The notes beneath the pieces are model-generated. The model saw nothing but the letters and a program-made list of their open reading frames with translations, had not been told where the DNA came from and searched no databases. A stretch of 64,000 bases of DNA, taken from contig JANMSV010000211.1 in assembly GCA_031389685.1 (NCBI GenBank), positions 2,263 to 66,262 on the forward strand, given 5' to 3'. Within the stretch, counting starts at the first letter, position 1. Every line of letters starts with the position of its first letter. This document shows, in pieces, positions 54,506-64,000 of the stretch. The position numbers were made by a program, and so were the translations under genes. The DNA comes from Betaproteobacteria bacterium (GTDB lineage Bacteria; Pseudomonadota; Gammaproteobacteria; Burkholderiales; SG8-39).

Positions 54506-55596
54506 AGTTGGGCGAGCACGCCTACCCGATCCATATCGGCGCCGGCACGATCGACGCGGCGGATCTGTACCGCCCGCATCTGGGCGCCGGGCGCGTCGCC
54601 GTGGTGACCAATCCGGTGGTCGCGCCGCTTTACCTGGAGCGCGTCAAGGCCGCGCTGGGCCGCGCCGGGGCACTCGACACCCTGGAGGTGCTGGTCGCGG
54701 ACGGCGAGGCGGCGAAAAGCTGGGGCGCGCTGGACCGCGTGTTCGACGCCCTGCTCGGCGCGCGGCTGGGCCGTGACGGGGTGATCATCGCACTTGGCGG
54801 AGGCGTGATCGGGGACCTCGCAGGATTCGCCGCAGCGATCTACCAGCGCGGGATCCCCCTCATTCAGGTGCCGACCACGCTGCTCGCGCAGGTCGATTCC
54901 GCGGTGGGTGGCAAGACGGCGGTCAACCACGCGCGCGGCAAAAACATGATCGGTGCCTTTCACCAGCCGCGCGCGGTCATCGCCGACGTCGCCGCGCTCG
55001 GCACGCTGCCCGAGCGCGAATTGCGCGCCGGCGTCGCCGAGGTCATCAAGCACGGCTTTGCGCTCGACGCCAAGCTCGTCGCGTGGCTCGAGAGCAACGT
55101 CGAGCGCGTGTTGGCGCGGGAAGCAGACGCACTGATTCACGTGGTGCGCCGGTCCTGCGAGCTGAAAGCCGCGGCCGTGGCGGCCGATGAGCGCGAGGCC
55201 GGAACGCGCGCACTGCTCAACTTCGGCCATACATTTGGCCATGCCATCGAGGCCGGGTCCGGCTATGGCGCGTGGCTGCATGGCGAAGCAGTGGCGGCCG
55301 GCATGGTGATGGCGAGCGAGCTTTCCGTACGTGCCGGGCGGCTGCCGGCAGCCGAGGCGCTGCGCGTACGCCACTTGCTTCAGCGTGCCGGACTTCCCGT
55401 CGCGGGGCCCGCGCTCGCGCCGGAGCGCTACCTGGAATTGATGGCCGGGGACAAGAAGGCGGCCGCCGGGCGCATCCGTTATGTGCTGCTCGAGGCCGTC
55501 GGGCGCGCCTTGCTGTGCGCCGACATCGACGAGCGCGACGTGCGCGCGTCGATCTTGGCCGGCACCATCGGCACCGCGGCTGCCGCAGCGCAGTAA
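54487..55596 (+). CDS. aroB: 3-dehydroquinate synthase
   Basis: [17 protein letters not shown] site, metal ligands in GHTFGHAIE and HGEAVAAGM. Overlaps the aroK 3' end. Confidence 0.95.
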   Translation: METLRVELGEHAYPIHIGAGTIDAADLYRPHLGAGRVAVVTNPVVAPLYLERVKAALGRAGALDTLEVLVADGEAAKSWGALDRVFDALLGARLGRDGVIIALGGGVIGDLAGFAAAIYQRGIPLIQVPTTLLAQVDSAVGGKTAVNHARGKNMIGAFHQPRAVIADVAALGTLPERELRAGVAEVIKHGFALDAKLVAWLESNVERVLAREADALIHVVRRSCELKAAAVAADEREAGTRALLNFGHTFGHAIEAGSGYGAWLHGEAVAAGMVMASELSVRAGRLPAAEALRVRHLLQRAGLPVAGPALAPERYLELMAGDKKAAAGRIRYVLLEAVGRALLCADIDERDVRASILAGTIGTAAAAAQ

Positions 55597-55701
55597 CTCC
55601 GTCAGGCCCAGAAACTCTTGTTGCCGCAAGGCTCTGAAGGTATATTCCAAAGCTCGTCCGCCATTTTTGTGCAGGGCGGAAAATTTTTGGAATATTTTAA
55701 T

Positions 55702-60369
<4,668 letters not shown>

Positions 60370-60374
60370 GTCCG

Positions 60375-61838
60375 ATGGGCAAAATCACCGGCTTCATGGA
60401 ATACGAGCGCCTGGAGGAGCCCCACGAGGCGCCGCAGGCGCGCAAGCAGCACTACCGCGAGGTCTACCTGCGTCTCCCCGACGAGGATGCGAAGGTCCAG
60501 GGCGCGCGCTGCATGGACTGCGGCATCCCGTTCTGCATGTCAGGCTGCCCGGTCAACAACATCATTCCGGACTGGAACGACCTGGTTTATCGCGGCGACT
60601 GGAAGAGCGCGATCGAGACGCTGCACTCGACTAACAACTTCCCCGAGTTCACCGGACGCATCTGCCCCGCGCCTTGCGAGGAAGCTTGCGTGCTGCGCAT
60701 CAACGAGGACCCGGTCGGAATCAAGTCGATCGAGCACGCGATCATCGACAAAGCCTGGCAGGAGGGCTGGGTGAAGCCGCAGCCTGCGCAGCACAAGACC
60801 GGAAAGAAGGTCGCGGTCGTGGGCTCGGGCCCGGCAGGACTTGCCTGCGCGCAGCAGCTGGCGCGAGCCGGGCACGTGGTCACGCTCTACGAGAAGAGCG
60901 ACCGCATCGGTGGCCTGCTGCGTTACGGCATACCCGATTTCAAGCTCGACAAGAGCGTGATCGACCGCCGCCTGGAACAGATGCGCGCCGAAGGCGTCGA
61001 ATTCCGTACCAGCGTGTGCATCGGCAAGGAGCCCCCGGGCAGAGGTGTCCCCAACGACGCCACCGAGATGCTCGCCCCGGAGAGACTGCACGCCGAGTTC
61101 GACGCGGTGGTGCTGTCCGGGGGCGCCGAGCAGTCGCGCGATCTGCCGATTCCGGGGCGCGAGCTCGACGGCATCCACTTCGCCATGGAATTCCTGCCGC
61201 TGCAGAACAAGCGCGTCGCTGGTGACAAGAACGTGAAGGATCTGTGGGCGAGCGGCAAGCACGTCGTGATCATCGGTGGCGGCGATACCGGGTCCGACTG
61301 CGTCGGCACTTCGAACCGCCACGGCGCGGCTTCGGTGACCAATTTCGAGCTGCTGCCGATGCCGCCGGACGTCGAGCGCAATCCGGTGTGGCCGTACTGG
61401 CCGACCCGGCTGCGCACCTCCTCCTCGCATGAGGAAGGCGTTGCCCGCGACTGGTCGGTGGCGAGCAAGCGCTTCATCGGCGAGAACGGCAAGGTCAAGG
61501 CGCTCGAAGCGGTGCGCCTGGAGTGGCAGGACGGCAAGCCGGTCGAGGTGCCTGGCTCCGGGTTCACGATCCCGGCCGACCTCGTGCTCCTCGCGATGGG
61601 CTTCGTCTCGCCGGTGCAGTCGCTGCTCGCGGAGTTCGGTGTGGAGAAGGACGCGCGCGGCAACGCCAAAGCCACGACCGACGGCACGGGCTGCTACGCG
61701 ACCAGCGCGCCCAAGGTGTTCACGGCCGGCGACATGCGCCGCGGCCAGTCGCTGGTGGTCTGGGCAATCCGCGAGGGACGGCAGGCTGCACGCGCGGTGG
61801 ACGAATTCCTGATGGGAGTGTCCGAACTGCCGCGCTAG
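60375..61838 (+). CDS. gltD: glutamate synthase small subunit
   Basis: Cys clusters CMDCGIPFC and CPAPCEEAC, and dinucleotide site [14 protein letters not shown]. Confidence 0.96.
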   Translation: MGKITGFMEYERLEEPHEAPQARKQHYREVYLRLPDEDAKVQGARCMDCGIPFCMSGCPVNNIIPDWNDLVYRGDWKSAIETLHSTNNFPEFTGRICPAPCEEACVLRINEDPVGIKSIEHAIIDKAWQEGWVKPQPAQHKTGKKVAVVGSGPAGLACAQQLARAGHVVTLYEKSDRIGGLLRYGIPDFKLDKSVIDRRLEQMRAEGVEFRTSVCIGKEPPGRGVPNDATEMLAPERLHAEFDAVVLSGGAEQSRDLPIPGRELDGIHFAMEFLPLQNKRVAGDKNVKDLWASGKHVVIIGGGDTGSDCVGTSNRHGAASVTNFELLPMPPDVERNPVWPYWPTRLRTSSSHEEGVARDWSVASKRFIGENGKVKALEAVRLEWQDGKPVEVPGSGFTIPADLVLLAMGFVSPVQSLLAEFGVEKDARGNAKATTDGTGCYATSAPKVFTAGDMRRGQSLVVWAIREGRQAARAVDEFLMGVSELPR

Positions 61839-61844
61839 TGCCGG

Positions 61845-62537
61845 CTAATCGCTGGCCGGGGCGATGCGGTATTCGATCACCGAGCGATTGCCCTTCAGCG
61901 CGTCCGACAGGGTGCGCACGCCGTCGGCGCCAACTGCGCGCAGCACCATGCGGTACTCGAAATGGCTGCCCTCGGTCACCAGCCGGTAGTTCAGGTTGTA
62001 GACGGAGAATCCGTGCTGCGACACGAGCTGGCGCAGCTCGGGTTCCGGCATCACGATTTCGCGAGCGAAACGCACGGAGAAGTTGGCGTAAAACTCCGTC
62101 GGAATCTTGCTTTCGATCCAGCGGAACACCGACAGGGTGCCGAGCGTCAGCACTGCACCGATGCCGGCCGCGAAATAAAAGCCGATCCCGGTGAGGATAC
62201 CGATCGCCGCCGTCACCCAGATCGACGCGGCCGTGGTCAGGCCGCGTACCGACAGGCCTTCCTTGACGATCACGCCGGCGCCGAGAAAGCCGATGCCGGT
62301 CATGATGCCCTGCGCCATGCGCGTGGGGTCCACCACCACGCGCGAGCCGCCGTGCGACGTGAACCACTGGCTCTCGTACACCGTCACCAGCATCAGCAGG
62401 CTGGAGGCGAGGCACACCAGTGCGTGGGTGCGGAATCCGGCTGCGCGGCCGCGATAGCTGCGTTCCAGGCCGATGATGCCGCCCGCGGCAAGCGCGGCCA
62501 CCAGCCTGAAGCTGATCTCGATGTACTCGTCGTTCAC
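61845..62537 (-). CDS. MgtC/SapB family membrane protein
   Basis: N-terminal MgtC motif GGIIGLERSYRGRAAGFRTH, 4-5 TM segments, soluble C-terminal domain. GTG start. Confidence 0.85.
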   Translation of the reverse strand: MNDEYIEISFRLVAALAAGGIIGLERSYRGRAAGFRTHALVCLASSLLMLVTVYESQWFTSHGGSRVVVDPTRMAQGIMTGIGFLGAGVIVKEGLSVRGLTTAASIWVTAAIGILTGIGFYFAAGIGAVLTLGTLSVFRWIESKIPTEFYANFSVRFAREIVMPEPELRQLVSQHGFSVYNLNYRLVTEGSHFEYRMVLRAVGADGVRTLSDALKGNRSVIEYRIAPASD

Positions 62538-62592
62538 CCGCCTATTTAAAGCGGTTTTCCATGATCTTTCAAGGAGTTCGCCAGAATCCGGG

Positions 62593-62601
62593 TGCTAGAA
62601 T
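62593..62601 (+). promoter_or_regulatory. extended -10-like element TGcTAGAAT upstream of glmU
   Basis: TGCTAGAAT ends 8 nt before the glmU ATG at 62610, and no Shine-Dalgarno lies between them. It is part of the direct repeat AGAATCCGG-gtgct-AGAATCCGG (62583-62605). Confidence 0.3.
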
Positions 62602-62609
62602 CCGGCGCC

Positions 62610-63965
62610 ATGAGCCTCGCGGTGGTCGTGCTTGCAGCCGGGGAGGGCAAGCGCATGCATTCGGCGCTGCCGAAGGTCCTGCATCCTCTGGCGGGCCGGC
62701 CGCTGCTCGCGCACGTGCTCGAAGCCGCGCGCGCCCTCGAACCGGAACGGATTCTCGTGGTGCACGGCCACGGTGCCGCCGCAGTGCGGGCCGCCTTTGC
62801 GGGCGCGGGCGTGGAATGGGTCGAGCAGGCGCAGCAGCTCGGCACCGGCCACGCGCTGTCGCAGGCGCTGCCGAAGGTGGCGCGCGGCGCGCAGGTGCTG
62901 GTGCTCAACGGCGACGTGCCTTTGCTGCGCGCCGAAACGCTCGCCCGTTTGGTGGCAGCGTCGAAGAAGGGGCTTGCCATCTGCACCTCGGATCTCACCG
63001 ACGCGACCGGCTACGGCCGCGTGCTGCGCGATGCGCGCAAGCGCGTGCGCCGCGTCGTCGAGCACAAGGATGCAAGCGCGAAGGAGCTGCGCGTCCGCGA
63101 GTGGTACGCGGGCTTCCTCGCCGCGCCGGCGCAGCGCCTCGCGGCGTGGCTGGCGAAGGTGAAGCCGGCGAACGCCCAGAAAGAGTATTACCTGACCGAC
63201 CTCATCGGCATCGCGGTCAAGGAGCGCGTCAATGTCGCGACGGTGAAGGCACTGGACCCCTGGGAAGTGGCCGGGGTCAATTCGCGGCATGAGCTCGCAC
63301 TGCTCGAGCGTGCGTTCCAGAATGCGCAGGCGAAAAGGTTGCTCGAAGCGGGCGTCACGCTCGCCGACCTGTGGCGCGTGGATGTGCGTGGCGAGCTGAC
63401 TTGCGGGCGCGACGTCACCATCGACGTGAATTGCGTGTTCGAAGGCAGGGTGCAGCTCGGCGACCGCGTGCGCGTCGGGCCGAATTGTGTGCTGCGTGAC
63501 GTTGTAGTGGGCGCAGACACAGAGATTTTTGCACACTCGCTGCTTGATGCCGCGAATATCGGCAGGCGCTGCAGAATTGGACCATTCGCGCGTATGCGGC
63601 CCGGCGTATCGCTTGGCGATGAAGTGCGTATCGGCAACTTCGTCGAGTTGAAAGCCAGCCGCATTGGCGCCGGCTCGAAGGCGAACCACCTGTCCTACAT
63701 TGGCGACGCGGAAGTGGGCGAACGGGTCAACATCGGCGCCGGCACCATCACCTGCAATTACGACGGCGTGGCCAAGCACCGCACCGTGATCGAAGACGAA
63801 TGCTTCATCGGCTCGGACGCCACGCTGGTCGCCCCGGTCATGATCGCCAAAGGCTCCTATATCGGCGCCGGCTCGACGATCAGCAAGAACACGCCGCCCG
63901 GGCAGCTCACCGTGGCGCGCGCCAGGCAGGTTTCGCTGCCCAACTGGAAACTGCGGAAGAAATAG
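62610..63965 (+). CDS. glmU: bifunctional UDP-N-acetylglucosamine diphosphorylase / glucosamine-1-phosphate N-acetyltransferase
   Basis: VVVLAAGEGKRMHSALPKVLHPLAG N-terminus and C-terminal left-handed beta-helix hexapeptide repeats (NYDGVAKHRTVIED). Confidence 0.96.
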   Translation: MSLAVVVLAAGEGKRMHSALPKVLHPLAGRPLLAHVLEAARALEPERILVVHGHGAAAVRAAFAGAGVEWVEQAQQLGTGHALSQALPKVARGAQVLVLNGDVPLLRAETLARLVAASKKGLAICTSDLTDATGYGRVLRDARKRVRRVVEHKDASAKELRVREWYAGFLAAPAQRLAAWLAKVKPANAQKEYYLTDLIGIAVKERVNVATVKALDPWEVAGVNSRHELALLERAFQNAQAKRLLEAGVTLADLWRVDVRGELTCGRDVTIDVNCVFEGRVQLGDRVRVGPNCVLRDVVVGADTEIFAHSLLDAANIGRRCRIGPFARMRPGVSLGDEVRIGNFVELKASRIGAGSKANHLSYIGDAEVGERVNIGAGTITCNYDGVAKHRTVIEDECFIGSDATLVAPVMIAKGSYIGAGSTISKNTPPGQLTVARARQVSLPNWKLRKK

Positions 63966-63968
63966 ACC

Positions 63969-64000
63969 ATGTGCGGAATTGTTGGCGCCGTGGCGCAGCG
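63969..64000 (+). CDS. glmS: glutamine--fructose-6-phosphate aminotransferase (5' end only)
   Basis: MCGIVGAVAQ, the Ntn Cys2 start typical of GlmS, 3 nt after the glmU stop. Truncated by the window end. Confidence 0.8.
   Translation, partial: MCGIVGAVAQ

Noticed and set aside
55657-55680. Hairpin TCCGCC-N12-GGCGGA followed by AAATTTTT between aroB and gltB, as a terminator or attenuator.
   Set aside because: The stem is 6 bp with a 12-nt loop, and the U-run is interrupted by a leading A3. It lies downstream of a TATATT -10-like box (55641-55646), so it could equally be part of the gltB leader. The evidence does not settle it.
62571-62576. Strong Shine-Dalgarno-like AAGGAG upstream of glmU.
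   Set aside because: The nearest in-frame start candidates are ATC (62586, non-canonical) and GTG (62592, 15 nt away). The homology-supported N-terminus starts at ATG 62610, 33 nt downstream. It is probably fortuitous.

Overview
High-GC proteobacterial chromosome segment. Hand counts of 100-nt samples give about 56-75% G+C, and gene order looks beta-/gamma-proteobacterial. It is almost entirely coding: about 60 genes, many joined by 1-7 nt start/stop overlaps. I saw no rRNA, tRNA, CRISPR array, transposase or integrase.

Layout:
- atpD (5' partial) and atpC.
- An accessory-looking block: a low-GC glycosyltransferase, a Hanks-type Ser/Thr kinase with an unassignable C-terminal half, and a proteobacterial dedicated sortase cassette. 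A HAD phosphatase and a TauE exporter are chained behind the cassette's two-component pair.
- A GntR-flanked organic-acid module: CoA-transferase, Bug/TctC binding protein, class V aminotransferase and a YdiJ-like FAD/Fe-S dehydrogenase.
- Mostly housekeeping genes: lgt plus a thioredoxin-fold protein, ilvD, DUF924, a PA2779/PA2778/YyaL trio, cytochrome c551, a liv-type ABC transporter, a ferredoxin reductase, SDR-cutA-dsbD, a VOC protein, hemB and engB.
- Cytochromes c4, c-prime and a diheme c, followed by an ECF sigma/anti-sigma pair.
- A tightly overlapped lptM-lysA-MFP-RND-NYN/LOTUS string.
- cyaY, mrcA, pilMNOPQ, aroK, aroB, gltBD, mgtC, glmU and glmS (3' partial).

Most interesting observations:
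1. The sortase cassette keeps an intact sortase, response regulator and histidine kinase. Its substrate gene is reduced to a 95-codon stump plus an out-of-frame sorting-signal tail that still shares a GTGA junction with the sortase start.
2. A candidate ~110-nt sRNA lies in the hemB-engB spacer, with pyrimidine-rich anti-Shine-Dalgarno-like loops and a canonical terminator.
3. lysA is translationally coupled to an RND pump and a NYN/LOTUS protein.
4. The PA2779/PA2778/YyaL genes are coupled.
5. Several genes have no Shine-Dalgarno and a -10-like hexamer 6-8 nt upstream of the ATG, a layout suggestive of leaderless mRNAs.

All functional calls rest on motif and family recognition by eye. No database search was run.
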